A stretch of 63,593 nt of DNA, the filler included, from Chiloscyllium plagiosum (Eukaryota): the NCBI RefSeq assembly GCF_004010195.1. It is 5 parts of one record of this genome, joined end to end, with 100 filler letters (N's around TTAATTAATTAA, not from the genome) between each part and the next. Parts side by side here need not be neighbours in the genome. Positions count along the whole stretch, not along the records: positions 1 to 17,082 come from NC_057715.1; 4 more parts are not named here. One strand, 5' to 3'. A program made the position numbers and the translations under genes. Shown here piece by piece: positions 1-12,490 of the stretch; position 1 is the first letter of the stretch; the number at the start of each line of letters is the position of its first letter. The notes under the pieces were generated by a model. The model searched no databases, was not told the DNA's origin, and saw nothing but the letters and a program-made list of their open reading frames with translations.

Positions 1-539
1 CCACCCTATTATTCTTACAGATAGCTGAGATCTCCTTACAAGTTTATTTCTCAATTTCCCTCTGACTATTAGGGGGTCTATAATACAATCCCAATAAGGT
101 GATCATCCCTTTCTTATTTCTCAGTTCCACCCAAATAACTTCCCTGGATGTGTTTCCGGGAATATCCTCCCTCAGCACTGCTGTAATGCTATTCCTTAAC
201 AAAAATGCCACTCCCCCTCCTCTCTTGCCTCCCTTTCTGTTCTTCCTGTAGCATTTGCAGTCTGGAACATTAAGCTGCCAGTCCTGCCCATCCCTGAGCC
301 ATGTTTCTGTAATTGCTATGATATCCCAGTCCCATGCTCCTAACCATGCCTGGAGTTCATCTGCCTTCCCTGTTAGGCCCCTTGCATTGAAATAATTGCA
401 GTTTAATTTATTAGTCCTACCTTGTTCCTGCCTGCCCTGACTTTTTGACTCGCTTCGGTTCTCAACTGTATCAGTCTCAGATTGATCTTTTTCCTCACTA
501 TCTCCCTGGATCCCACGCCCCCATCCCCACTTTACTAAA

Positions 540-1280
540 TTAAATCCTCCAGAGCAGCTCTAGCAAATTTCCCTGCAGTATATTAGTCCCCTTCGAATTT
601 AGGTGCCATCTGTCCTTCTTGTACAGGTCACTTCTACCCCAAAAGAGATTCAAATGATCCAAAAATATGAATCCTTCTCCCATACACCAGCTCCTCAGCC
701 ATGCATTCATATGCTCTATCCTCCTATTCCTGCCCTCACTAGCTTGTAGCACCTGGAGTAATCCAGATATTACTATTCTTGAGGACCTCCTTTTTAAATT
801 CCTGCCTAAATCTCTGTAATCTCCCTTTAAAATCTCAACCTTTTCCCTTCCTATGCCATTGGTTCCAATGTGGACAATGACCTCTTGCTGGCCCCCCGTG
901 AGAACATTCTGCACCCTCTCTGAGACATCCTTGATCCTGGCACCAGGGAAGCAACACACCACTCTGCTTTTTCGCTGTTGGCCACAGAAACGTCTGTCTG
1001 TACCTTGGACTGGAGAATCCCCTAACACAATTGATCTCTTAGAACCAGGCGTACCTCTCATTGCATTAGAGCCAGTCTCAATACCAGAAACTTGGCTGTT
1101 CGTGCTACGTTCCCCTGAGAATCCATCATCCCCTACATTTTCCAAAACAGCATTCCTGTTTGAAATGGGTATATCCACAAACGTCTCCTGCACTAGCTGC
1201 CTACCTTTCTTACCTTTCCTGGAGTTGACCCATCTATTTGACTGTATCTGAGACTTTTCCCCCCTTCCTATAACTGCCAT
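540..1280 (-). CDS. CR1 ORF1 SGNH/GDSL esterase domain (element-encoded, probably defective)
   Basis: VLGDS, CFPGARI, VHIGTN, N.WL..WC...GF.FLD and D.WHLN..G motifs. Confidence 0.88.
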   Translation of the reverse strand: MAVIGRGEKSQIQSNRWVNSRKGKKGRQLVQETFVDIPISNRNAVLENVGDDGFSGERSTNSQVSGIETGSNAMRGTPGSKRSIVLGDSPVQGTDRRFCGQQRKSRVVCCFPGARIKDVSERVQNVLTGGQQEVIVHIGTNGIGREKVEILKGDYRDLGRNLKRRSSRIVISGLLQVLQASEGRNRRIEHMNAWLRSWCMGEGFIFLDHLNLFWGRSDLYKKDRWHLNSKGTNILQGNLLELLWRI

Positions 1281-1320
1281 CCATCACATACTGTTGCTGT
1301 TGCAAATTCCTCATTGCTTC

Positions 1321-1503
1321 TCACTGTCTCTCCAACCGATCCACTCGATCTGATAAGATTCGCAGCCAGCAGCATTTACGGCAGATATAATCTGCAGTAA
1401 CCCTTAAACTCTCTTTAAACACCCATATCTGACAAGAAGTACATATCACTTGATTAAAGGCCATTTTTGCTCCTTCACAATCTACAGACCCAGAAAGTAA
1501 CAC
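1321..1503 (-). CDS. CR1 ORF1 N-terminal zinc finger/leucine zipper (split from the esterase by a stop)
   Basis: VICTSCQIW...YICRKC..L..LSDRVDRLERQ. Confidence 0.85.
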   Translation of the reverse strand: MLLSGSVDCEGAKMAFNQVICTSCQIWVFKESLRVTADYICRKCCWLRILSDRVDRLERQ

Positions 1504-1869
1504 CGTCTTATTCCTCTACAAACACTACCCCAGGTTAAATTAATAGTTATGGTTTATATTTAAAGTTTAATCAAGAGATATATCTCCAAAAACATAATCA
1601 AGAAAGAACCCACTCTTCTCACTACTGCAGATTCTCTGTAGGCCACACTTAAAACAGCGATTAACTTAACTGATTCTATGTTGTGAACTTGGCCCTCCAA
1701 GATCAGTTGTGAATTTCACTATTTGTTAATTTTCCCAGATGCACTCTGATGTCCAGCGATACATGAATTCAAACAGCAAAGGCAGTAACTGTGCAGGTTC
1801 TCTCTCTCTCCTGCAATGACTTCACCATGTGCTTCCTTTGTCTGTCACTTCTGCTTTTTCAGCCTCGTA

Positions 1870-3232
1870 TTTCATTTGATAGGACACTGACACCAGCCCC
1901 ACTTTAAGTTTAAAATTAATGAAATGTCGATTGATAAACAGGTGCTGTCAAATTCCAGTTGGTTGCCTCACAATTATGGAGGTATCTTTTCTAACGGTGC
2001 TGCTCCTATCATATTAACATCTTGGTATGGGTAAGCATTTGACTCTTGGTTATTCTGAAATCTCCATTCTTCTAGTCATCTTTTGGTAGTGACTGGTAGT
2101 ATAGATGTCTCATTCTTTTGTCACAGGTGTCACTGCTGATATTGAAAGGCTTTTTTGTTCCACAGCACTGACAATGACTTTTAATATTTGCTGTTCGGCC
2201 TACTCTTTGCATTGGATTCTCACATTCGTCTTTAGAATATTATACCTAATAAATTGGATAGGTTCTGTTATTCTCCTCTGATAAAATTGCCCTTTTCTTC
2301 ACAGCATTTGACCAAAAGTCTCCCTGGCTTCTGCTTCCATCACAATTTGAGTTCCTTTTGTCAAAGTCAAATCTTCTTTGACAAAGCATCATTAATAATT
2401 CCAACACAATTTGGTCTCTTCTGAATCCTCATTTAAAAGCTCATTGCGACATTTTTTTCAAATAATCTATAGAGATTATTAATGAAAATATCTAAAGATT
2501 CCCCGAATGTTAAATTCTTCTATTAAATCATGCTCTTTCACAAATTCTGTTTATTCTCAAGTAGTAGCTGTTAAAAGCTATTAGAACATTGAGCGGCACG
2601 GTGGCACAGTGGTTAACACTGCTGCCTCACAGCGCCGAAGACCCGGGTTCAATTCCCGCCTCAGGCGACTGACTGTGTGGAGTTTGCACGTTCTCCCCGT
2701 GTCTGCGTGGGTTTCCTCCGGGTGCTCTGGTTTCCTCCCACAGTCCAAAGATGTGCATGTGGACTTGTTGGGCCGAAGGGCCTGTTTCCACACTGTAATG
2801 TAATGTAAAAAAAAAATGTAAAGTAAATGTAAAAACATCCTCAAAAATATCTGGACTTCATAAAAAATATTTTGGAGATTTATTACTTCACCACTGTAGG
2901 TCCAATTGGATACAATCAGATATTTACTTGTTCGACTTAAGATTTAGTATTTAGGTTTGAACCAATTCTGTACAGTGAGTGGTTTTCTCCAAGGTGTCTA
3001 ATTTTGTATTCTATTTGACCATCCCTAATTTTAAGTTTCTGTGGAAGATTAAATCTCTGCGGCAATTTTATTTTCCTTGTCATGTTTTCTTCAATTAATT
3101 ATTCTTCTTTGAGTTCTACATTATCTAAATGCTGCCAATTTCTGGCTTGACAACTTTTAATCCTGAAGTAAGGCAATGCTGCTTTTATCTCTTTCTTTTG
3201 GAAGACTTTTACTTCTGTAAATAACAATGCCA
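1870..3232 (-). mobile_element. Decayed Gypsy LTR-retrotransposon gag-protease region
   Basis: Manual translation across stops/frameshifts: YRIGSNL..K..EQVN..LY.IG, AFNSYY..N..ERA*FNRR, GESLDIFINNLYRL, RDQIV, then protease-like INFKL..GAGVSVL. Interrupted by a SINE at 2591-2818 and cut by the CR1. Confidence 0.72.
2591..2818 (+). mobile_element. HE1/V-SINE (tRNA-derived), internally deleted
   Basis: Head GGCACGGTGGCACAGTGGTTAACACTGCTGCCTCACAGCGCC..GGTTCAATTCC, core TGTGGAGTTTGCACGTTCTCCCCGTGTCTGCGTGGG, tail GGGCCTGTTTCCACACTGTA. Confidence 0.9.
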
Positions 3233-3307
3233 TTTTTAAATTTTTAAATGCCTTTAACCCTTGCACTATAACTATGCTGTACTATTTTGTTTGAATAAGG
3301 CTGTAAC

Positions 3308-4552
3308 TGTATGAAAGAACAATGCTGTATCACTGCTTCCTAGGGCTTCTACATATTTGCAGACAAAATGGTTTCTTCCTGCCTTCTGTAGGTAAAATGG
3401 AAATTTTTCCACTTGCTACAACCAAGATGACAGTTTTACCGCTTTTTGGTAGAAAGATAGAGACCTTCCCACCTTTCAAAGTCAAAAATAAAATGCACAT
3501 CTCACTATGATTTTCCAATAAAGCTTCATGGCTATAGTCTTAATACAGCTTCCTGACAAAATCAATGCTTAAATTATTCATCATTTCTTCTTCCCACAGT
3601 CTTATAAATCTTTTAACTATCCTCTATTAGATTCTGCCCTGTTTTATCATTTAAAATACCTTTTTACATTAACATCTGCCATGATGTTCCTGATGCTGCA
3701 ACCTCAAAAAGAATTAAACCCACAGCCATTTGCTTTGCCATTATAGTGTGCCCTGTGGTGTGCACATACTATGGCTGCAAAGCTCATGGTGAATGTAAGT
3801 ACTTCTTTCTCAACTTGTATCTTCCTTAGCTTGGTCCTTATATTTTAAAGTTCTTTTCCCCCCCTTACCTCAAAGAAAACTAACTTTATTCACAAGGCTC
3901 CAGAATGTTAGTATCCCAGACAAACCTGTAACCAGGACTGACCTGACAAGGTTCTCAGAAAAATAAGATCTAACTGGCAAATATGACTATTTGATTAAGC
4001 TCTAGCAGATCATACTGCTTCACCTGCATTCCTAACCTGGTCTGAAGTGAAAATTTAAGCTGAATTTAATGGATTGTTTTCATCATTGTTACCTTATGGT
4101 ATTTAACCAACTTTTATAGGTCCATCATCGAGAGCATTCTGTCTGGATGTATCACGAGCTGGTATAAACAAGGTAAAAACAAGGACTGCAGATGCTGGAA
4201 ACCAGATTCTGGATTAGAGTGGTGCTGGAAACGCACAGCAGTTCAGGCAGTATCCGAGGAGCAGGAAAATCAATGTTTCGGGCAAAAGCCCTTTATCAGG
4301 AATACAGGCAAAGTGCCTGAAGGGTGGAGAGATAAATGAGAGGAGGGTGTATGAAAGAACAATTCTGTATCACTGCTTCCCAGGGCTTCAACATTTTTTG
4401 CAGACAAAATGGTTGCTTCCTGCCTTCTGGAGGTAAAATGGAAATTTTTCCACTTGCCACAACCAAGATGATTGTTTTACCGCCTTTTGGTAGAAAGATA
4501 GAGACCTTCCCACCTTTCAAAGTCAAAAATAAAATGCACATCTCACTATGAT
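3308..4552 (+). repeat. Local direct duplication, about 204 bp (3308-3511 and 4348-4552)
   Basis: Both copies run TGTATGAAAGAACAAT...CACATCTCACTATGAT with scattered substitutions. Confidence 0.95.
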
Positions 4553-5037
4553 GCTCTCAATGGTGGACATATAAAAGTTGGCAAGGGTATTCGCCGTCAT
4601 GCCAAATTTCCTGAGCTGTCTGAGGAAGAAGAGACATTGTTGGGCCTTTGTAACCAGTGCTTCCACATGAAGAGTCCAAGAAGGCTTGTTGTGGATGACC
4701 ACTCCCAGGAGCTTGACACTCTCTACTCGTTCCATCTCTGTGCTGTTAATATGTAGGGGGAAATGAGTAACATCCCAAAAGTCAATTATGAGTTTCCTGG
4801 TTTTGCCAGCATTGAGAGCAAGGTTGGTTTTGTAGCACATACATATGGCAGTTAGCAGTGGGTATTGTTGGTTAAATACTATAAGGTAACAATGATGAAA
4901 ACAATCCATTAAATTCAGCTTAAATTTTCACTTCAGACCAGTTTAGGAATGTAGGTGAAGCAGTATGATCTGCTAGAGCTTAACCAAATAGTCATATTTG
5001 CCAGTTAGATCTTACTTTTCTGAAAACCTTGTCAGGT
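3941..5037. repeat. Local inverted duplication, about 171 bp (3941-4111 and 4867-5037)
   Basis: ACCTGACAAGG...ATTTAACCAAC is the reverse complement of GTTGGTTAAAT...CCTTGTCAGGT with a few substitutions. Confidence 0.95.
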
Positions 5038-5460
5038 ATGGCAACTGTACCATTCAAGATCGGAGACAGTTACAGAGAGTGATGAACTCGGCCCGTACAA
5101 TCATAAAGGCCAACCTCCCATCTACAGAATCCATCTACCAGGCCCGCTGTCAAGGAAGGGCCGCCAGCATTCTCAAAGATCCATCCCAGCCTGGCAACTT
5201 CTACCATCAGGAAGAAGGTACAGAAGCCTGAACACACGTACCAGCTGGTTTCGAAACAGTTTCTAACCTGCTGTTGTTAGAATACTGAATGGACTCAAAC
5301 TCTTAACTTTCGCCGGTACTTGTATTTTAGTTTTTACTGCTATTTCCCTATTATTTACTTATCTATGCTCCTTAACTCTGTGATTTGCCTGTATTGCTCG
5401 CAAGACATAGCTTTTCACTGTGCCTCAGAACACAAGACAATAAATTCAATTCAATTCACT
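4107..5460. mobile_element. Rex1/Babar-type LINE 3' end, scrambled into three pieces
   Basis: 4551-4840 (-) LNAGKT..IIDF..LLGV.I..SWT.H...KAQQ.LFFLRQLRKF; 4107-4166 (+) FYRSIIESILSGCITSWY; 5037-5460 (+) YGNCT.QDRRQLQRV..ILKDPS and an AATAAA-TTCAA tail. Confidence 0.85.
4168..4347 (-). mobile_element. Penelope-like pseudo-LTR, family A, mutated hammerhead
   Basis: Minus strand CCTGATAAAGGGCTTTTGCCCGAAACATTG; same repeat as 57454-57697 and 62891-63069. Confidence 0.8.
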
Positions 5461-5554
5461 ATCAACTAATGATTATGGTAAAGTACTGCCACCAATCCTG
5501 CTTTATAGATATTTGCATTGAAACTGTTCAGAAATATTATGACACACTTCTGTG

Positions 5555-6080
5555 GCAGGTGGCACTTAAATTTGGCTTTCTGGCACAGAGATAGTAACAC
5601 TACCACTAGACCACAAAAGCCCAAATATTTTTATTCAACCTGTTCCAACATCTTATAACATGTCTGGAACAGGTGAGATTTGAATCTGGGCCTTCTGACA
5701 CACACATGGGGCCCCTACCGCTGTACCAGAGGACCCTGATCCGGTTTTCTAGATTTAAACAAAAATCATCTTGTTCAAAGTCATGACACACTCCTCAGGA
5801 AAGTGAGACTTTTGAACCAGAATCTGCTCTTTCGGCGGTAGGGGCACTACCATTGTACAGGGCCTATTGGAATAAAAGTGTTCAGGGAGGAGGGGATTGT
5901 TAGCTCGGTTGGTTTGCAACAACAAGGGACGCCAACAGCATGGGGTTAATTCACGTACTGATGACAGTCAACATGAATGCTCACCTTCTCAACCCTCATT
6001 TCATGGCTGATGTTGTGACCCTCATGTTCAACCACCACCAGTCATCCCCATCCTCTAGGACTATGGCAACTTTGATAGAG
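5555..6080. mobile_element. Cluster of old tRNA-like SINE heads (three tandem minus units 5555-5865, one plus SINE about 5897-6080)
   Basis: Repeated motif CAGGTG.GA.TTGAA...GGC..CTG....AG..GG..ACTACCA.TG.AC; a similar unit lies at about 47413-47470. Confidence 0.5.
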
Positions 6081-6439
6081 GATGAACTAATTCTAAGTTG
6101 TGATTAGCAAAACCATATCTCAAGATTATAGCTTCTACATTACAGCAGTCACAAGTTACATTGGCTAGTTAGTCTTGGTCTTTGTTGCTATGTCTATCAA
6201 GAGACAGGCGACACATCTGACTACCAGTAACCCAATCTGGACTCCTCTTCACCACCCAAGCCCAAATGGCATCAACAGACTGGTGCTTAATGCAATCTCC
6301 CACATTAATTCCTTGAGACCATTACCTTATATAAGACATCACCAGGTTTACTCCATCAGTGGGCAATCCAAAGATACCAGCAAAGAGAAAGTGACAAATA
6401 CTGCTGTGTGTGTGTGTGTGTCTGTGTGACGGAGGAAGG

Positions 6440-7520
6440 GCGCTGAGAGATAACTAGGAGGGTGAGGGTGGGGTGAGGTAGCTGGTGGGAAGGTGGTAGG
6501 AAGATGGAGTTGGGGGTGGTGGTGATAGATTAGAGGGGAGGGTGGAGCGGATAGGTGGCAAGGAAGATGGAAAGATAAAACAGGTCAAGAGGGCAGTGCC
6601 AAGTCGGACGGCTGGATCTGAGGTGGGGGGGCAGGGAGGAGGAGGAAACTGGTGAAATCCAAGTTGATGCCGTGTGGTTGGAGGGTCCCAAGGCGGAAGA
6701 TGAGGCACTCTTCCTCCAGTTGTCAGGTGGCTTAGATTTGGTGGTGGAGGCAGCCGAAAACTTGCATGTCCTTGGTGGAGTGGAGGGGGAGTTGAAGTGG
6801 TCAGCTACAGGGCAGTGGGGTTGCTTCGTGTGCGCGTCCCAGAGATGTTCCCTGAAACATTCTGCATGTTGGCGACCTTCTCCCAAAAGTACAGGAGACT
6901 ACATCAAGAACAATAGAGTCAGTAAATGAGGTGTTCAGGTGTGCAGGAAAATCTCTGCTGGATGTGGAAGGATTTTTTGAGGCCTTGGATGGAGGTGAGG
7001 GAGGAGGCGTGGCAGCAGGTTTTACACCTCTTGTGGTGGTAAGGGAAAGTGCCAGGAGTGGGTGTGTGTGGTGGGGGTGTTAGTGGGAGGCGTGAACCTG
7101 ACAAGAGAGTCACAGACGGAATGGTCTCTGCGGATGGATAGGGAGGGAAATATATCTCTGGTGATGGTGTCTGAATGAAGGTGGCAGAAATGGCGGAGGA
7201 TAATGCGCTGTACTGGGGATTTGTGTAGTGGAAGGTGAGGACTAGGGGTTCTATCCTTGTTGTGGGTGGAGGGGTGGGGTTCAAGGGCAGAGGTGCAGGA
7301 AGTGGAAGGAATGCGCTGGTGGGCATTGTTGACCACATGGGAGGGGAAATTGAGGTCCATGAATAGGAGGCTATCCGAGATGCCCTGGAGTGGAATTGCT
7401 CCTCCTGGGAGCATAAACAGTGGAGGCTGAGGAATTGGGAGTAAGGGATTGCATTTATACTGGAGGGGAGGTGGGAGGAGATGTAGTCCAGGTAGCTGTG
7501 GGAGTCGGTGGGTTTGAACA
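6440..7520 (-). mobile_element. Penelope-like element ORF remnant (RT C-terminus plus GIY-YIG endonuclease)
   Basis: KPTDSHSYLDY.SSH..AIPYSQFL, PLVLTFH, RRDHSV.DSLVR, RCKTC, F.EHL..PVADHFNSP, across frameshifts. Confidence 0.9.
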
Positions 7521-7559
7521 CAAACTCATTGTTAGCCACTAATAGTTCCCATTAATAGC

Positions 7560-7782
7560 TATTGAATCTCCTAACCAGATTGTTATCTACTCTCTTGTCT
7601 GTCCAACTCTTGTTCTCTCTCTTTGGGCTCTAATCTCACTTATTGTTTACTCCTTACCTTCTCCCCCACCCTATTTTCTGTAGATAAACTAACATTTTCC
7701 TCAGTTCTGAGGAAGGGTCATTCAACCCAAAGCATTAACTCTCATTTCTCTCCACAGATGTTGCTAGACCTGTTGAGGTTGT
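7560..7782 (+). mobile_element. Penelope pseudo-LTR, family C, inverted relative to the adjacent ORF
   Basis: CTGAGGAAGGGTCATTCAACCCAAAGCATTAACTCT...CCACAGATGTTGCTAGACCTG (degenerate hammerhead). Confidence 0.7.
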
Positions 7783-7795
7783 AGCATAGTGTATC

Positions 7796-8132
7796 AATAG
7801 AATCATAGAATCCCTATAGTGTGGAAACAGGCCATTTGGTCCAACAAGTCCACATCGACTCTCTGAAGAGTATCCTACTCAGACCCATTCCCCTAAAGTA
7901 TTACTCTACATTTCCCACAACTAACTTACACATTCCTGAACACTACAGGCAATTTAGCATGGCCAATTCATCGAACCTACACATCTTTGGACTGTGGGAA
8001 GAAACCGGAGCACCCCCACACAGACAAGGGGAGAATGTGCAAACTCCACATAGAACAATCGCACAAGGGTGGATTCAAACCCAGGTCCCTGATGCTGTGA
8101 GGCAGCAGTGCTAACCACTAAGCCACCATGCT
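7796..8132 (-). mobile_element. HE1/V-SINE
   Basis: Reverse complement of the HE1 head and core, with a CATAGAAT-type tail. Confidence 0.88.
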
Positions 8133-10325
8133 GTGTAGATTTGAATCAGATTGTTAATCAACAAAGAAATTTAGTCAATTAACTTAAAGAAATGTAAAAT
8201 TAGTTAAAATTCAATTCAATCACATCAAAAATAAAGAAAATTGGTGATTTGACACATTTTTATGGATCTAATTAAACTAGAGTCCCACTATTAGGTTAAA
8301 AAGAGAAAGAATCACAGAAAAGCTATAACATGCTTTTTACATTAGAGAACTTAGTGCTTACTACTACTCTGATGTTAGAAAATGAAATGAAGTGCCTACC
8401 TGTTGGCACAGTAATGGATTTGGACCATATTTTGGTTAATTGTGATACTGAAATTTTCTCATGTTAAGAATTTGGAGACACCATGGGATGATGCTACAAT
8501 AAACATGATGTTTTACAAGAAAGCTTAATTACATAAATCAGACAGTATTTGACACTTGAAATTCAAGTTATGCTCAGCTTGAAAGTAAACAGAGTGAACA
8601 GCAACAGTTTAAGTAAACAAAAAAAATTCCAAAACAAGTGAAAATACCATGGCCACTAGAAATCTGAAATTGTTTCTTGCTCGTATTGAACTTGATAATT
8701 GCTGAAAAAAGTATGTGCTTTTGAATCTTTTTGTCTTGCACCCATTAGGAGAAATGCAAAAAAAATTTCAAAGGGAACCTGAAGTTATGAGAAAATTCAT
8801 GTTAATTAGCTGGTAAATGGACTCTGACTGCTTAAAACATTACCATGGAGTAAACAAAACGGAACAAAGACCACAAACCTTTTGATTAAATTTTAAAAAG
8901 GCAAATTGACTCAAACTGAAAATGCTGGAACAGCTTAGCAGGTCAAGTGGCAACTGTGGAGAGAAACAGTGAAGTCTTCCTTGAAAATCTATAAACCCTA
9001 TAGTGGAATCTTATACTCCACTATTTTCACTTCTCTTAATATTCCCTTGTCATTCAACCCTTCCTTTCCCTGTCTCTAGACTTGGTTAAAAACTATTACA
9101 TAACTTCTTCCGGTTCTGCCTTCAAAGTGACTCAATTTCTCTTTTACACTGAAACCTGTGTGATCTACTGAGGCTTTCCTGAATTTTGTGTTTGTATTTC
9201 AGACAGGAAATGAAATACTTGCAATTTAAATATGTGGGTTACATCAGTTTAGTAGATAATTAATTTACAAATGCAGCTTATTCCTTCATCTGCTCACCTG
9301 CTATTCTTCAGAACTCGATGAATTGTTCACAGGTTATAGTGGAAGGACTGGGACCAAGTTTAGACTCTAAATGCATTAAGAATCAGATAACTCACATTAG
9401 TAATCTTTGATAATTATAATAATGCTGGACTATTCAGTATATCATCATATCACTACGATGTACTCATCCTTAAGTTCTTCTAAAAAGGCAGGTAACAAAT
9501 GTCCAACTAACAAGATTTCAAAACTAGAACCACATTACTGCTGGTCTGTAGAAACACAAACATGAATTTACTACACTGGGGAGAAAAAACAGGTCAATGG
9601 GAAACATTAGGAAATAAATTGAGTGGAAATGAAAGTGAAAGATGGAATGTTTTTCTGGGCTTCAAGCAAGAGAATAACCAAAGTAAAAGGTTTTGAGGTG
9701 GTTGAAAAAATAGCAAGGTTTTGGCAAGACAAAGGGGAACTGGGCATAATTTACAATAAGTGTACGATGTCTGGTTGAGTGACCAATGATAAAGCAGACA
9801 GAAGGGGAAGTCAGCAGCTCACTGTTACAGTTCCAAGGTCCACTACAGGGCCTAATTCTCATTAAGCAGATGTCAGCATGGAGGATTCTTAAAAGTTAGC
9901 ATCGAAACCTTATAGCCAGTGGAGCACAGAGAGAATACAGCATTAGCAACATGGATGGCAGATAACAGCTTCTGAACGTTAACACAAGCAGAGGGATTGG
10001 AATTAAGGAAGTTGGTAAGAGAAGCTGAGCCTAAAGGCAGTGAAAACAAGAATGAACGCAGCTAGATGTAGGAGTGCTAGCAGTTAACATTTCAGGAGGA
10101 TACTGCTCATAAAGTGAAGCCATACCCCAAAGTTCCAGACTTCCCCGAAAAGGTATATGGTACAATGGATTTCAGTCAAGTATGTGGTATTTTGGACTGG
10201 TTAGATTGACATGTAGCATTTGCCAATCCTAGACTTTCCAAAGTAAGGTCACATATTCCAACAGAAACTAAAAATGAAGGACATAGATGGACCAATATTA
10301 AGCGGAAGAAATTTTGCTCTTTCAG

Positions 10326-10404
10326 GAGACGTCAAGAGAGGCAGTTTGAAGGCGCACCAATAGCTATTGAAACAGCAGTTAATACACATGCTGATTTTAA
10401 CAAG
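10326..10404 (+). other. Candidate internal exon, unidentified
   Basis: TTTTGCTCTTTCAG acceptor, AAG|GTATGG donor; one open frame (RRQERQFEGAPIAIETAVNTHADFNK). No homology recognised. Confidence 0.2.
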
Positions 10405-11994
10405 GTATGGGTTCAAATTAGCATTTTAAACAATTTACTTATGGCATAACAATAATACAATTAGTTATAAAGTTGCATTAAAGTATCAACCAAACCATCA
10501 GATAGTCATACTGACAGGAAATCAATGTGGGAGCATGAAATACTTAAATCACAGTCTAAGGTAACCAGGTTCACAGTCACTAGCTAGCCAGTACAAAAGG
10601 CATTTATAACATTTTCCTCGCTATCACTTCACTATTTTTCTGTTAAGTATTTGCATTTTTGCATGAAACAGGAGTATAAGCGCATGAAGGACAGAAAACA
10701 TTTCATATTTGGAGAAAAGCACAAGGATCTTGAATAATTTGAAACTGTGAGGATAGTGGCCATTATTTCTTCTTCTAAAAGATTTGCAATACTTGCATGT
10801 TGGTAAAACAATAAATAAATAGAAGCTATGATTTAAATAAACATTTTTTCAGTGCCTTTTTTCTTGTTTTCATATTTTCAGTAAAGCTCTATAGGATGTC
10901 CTGAAGACGTGATAAGCACTATATCACGAGTCACCAACTCTGTCCACTATGGCCAAAAAGACTGATGAATATCCTCCTCTCCAATTCACTCTTTATCCAC
11001 TAGGAATGGTTTTTTCCAGCACCCTACCTAAGCATAAGATCAGGAACTCAGCAAGTGTGCAGCAAGTGTGTAAAAACATTCATATCATCACAATGTATAG
11101 ATATAATTTTCTAACAGAACAGAGATAAAGTACATTAGGATATTGATGAATCAAGTTTACAGATATGGTGGCAATTTGGAAACCGTAGAAAGAGGACATG
11201 ATATACTATAAAAAGCTTTGTCACTGTACTTACTAAGAAGGACAGAAAACTGTTCCAATAAGGTTACCAAGTTCGGTCCTCTCTCTCTCGCTCTCCCTAA
11301 AATTAACCCACTTATAAAGAAAGGCTGAAGAAGCTGGATCATCTCTCATTGGACAAAAATACAGATTCAAGTTTCAAAATTCATGAAGGGAATTGATGCA
11401 ACGTATGCAAAGAAGTTATTAGTGCTCCACCAAGGAAATTGAGAAGATATAATTGTCAACTAGATAAACCTTATGCTAAACATAACTTCAGAAGTAATAG
11501 TCTTCTTTTGATTAAAGTTATGAATTATAGGGCCACACAGTGTCAATTCAGCTGAAACATTTAACAGGCAGACAGGTTCCTAAAGCAACGAACAGCACAT
11601 ACTCCTTCCTTATCCACCAAAGGAAGTATTAATATAGTAACAAAACTAACTATAACTAAGTACACTGGGTCCGAACAAATGGTTAAAGACCTGAAACAAT
11701 AATTGATACTCTGCAAGTTTATGGACAGAGAAATTCCAGCATTTTCTGTTTATATTTCAAACCTCTAGCGATAGCAGTATTTTGCTTTTGTATCTATATA
11801 TGAACATGTTCAAAGGCTCATTTGGCAATTTAAATAACAAGCACCATCGGAGCTAAGAGCCAAACTGAGGTAAAATTTACAAATCAATTCATTCCAAGTA
11901 AAATATAACATACATAACACTATAGACAGGAGAGACTAGAATAACATTCTGATTATCAGGTTAGGGTCTCCATGTTGTCATGGTTCAATGCTCA

Positions 11995-12490
11995 ACGATT
12001 AATCTAGCCAGTGATGGTTAGATTTTCTTGTTGGAGATAATCATTGCCTGGTAGATGTTACTTACTAAAGCTCAAATGTTGTCCAATCTTGTTGATTTGG
12101 ACTTGGACTGCTTCGGTGTCTGAAGAGTAATGAATTGTACTGAATATTGTGCAACCAAACATGCCAACTTCTGACATTATTATGGAGGGAAGGTCATTGA
12201 TGAAGCAGCTGAATATGGTTGGACCCAGGGCACTACCCTGAGGAACTTCTGTAATGTTATCCTGTGACTGAGATATGCGGCCTCAGCAATTATAACCATC
12301 TTCCTTGTGCTATCATCTCCAACCAGTAAAGAGTACTCCCTAATACTGCAACTTTGGTAGGGCTTCTTGATGCTACAAAATGCAAATACTGTCTTGATGT
12401 CAATGACTGTCAGCCTCACTTCCCCTCGAGTTCAGCTCTTTTGTCCACGTTTGAACCAAGTCTGAGGAGCTCAGCAGGCCTGGCACATAC
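11995..12490 (-). mobile_element. CR1/L2-group LINE RT fragment
   Basis: Minus strand VPQGSALGPTIFSCFINDLPSII and DIK..F motifs. Confidence 0.8.

Larger units (their letters stand above)
1..1850 (-). mobile_element. CR1-clade LINE, 5' half (5'UTR, ORF1, start of ORF2)
   Basis: Minus strand gives a zinc-finger/zipper ORF1 piece (1321-1503), an esterase ORF1 piece (540-1280) and AP-endonuclease motifs FNARGL..DEL..IIAITETWL..GGGVAF (about 1-400). Confidence 0.93.

Noticed and set aside
853..1251. 132-aa plus-strand ORF
   Set aside because: Antisense shadow of the CR1 esterase ORF.
2591..2660. tRNA genes at SINE heads
   Set aside because: A/B boxes continue into V-SINE core and LINE tail; these are SINEs, not tRNA genes.
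2821..3232. AT-rich minus-strand reading frame suggesting an endogenous virus gene
   Set aside because: Downstream motifs fit Gypsy gag/protease; no viral hallmark seen.
9298..9365. Minus-strand exon-like segment (TTAG acceptor, CAG|GTGAGC donor)
   Set aside because: Stops in all three frames and no other support.
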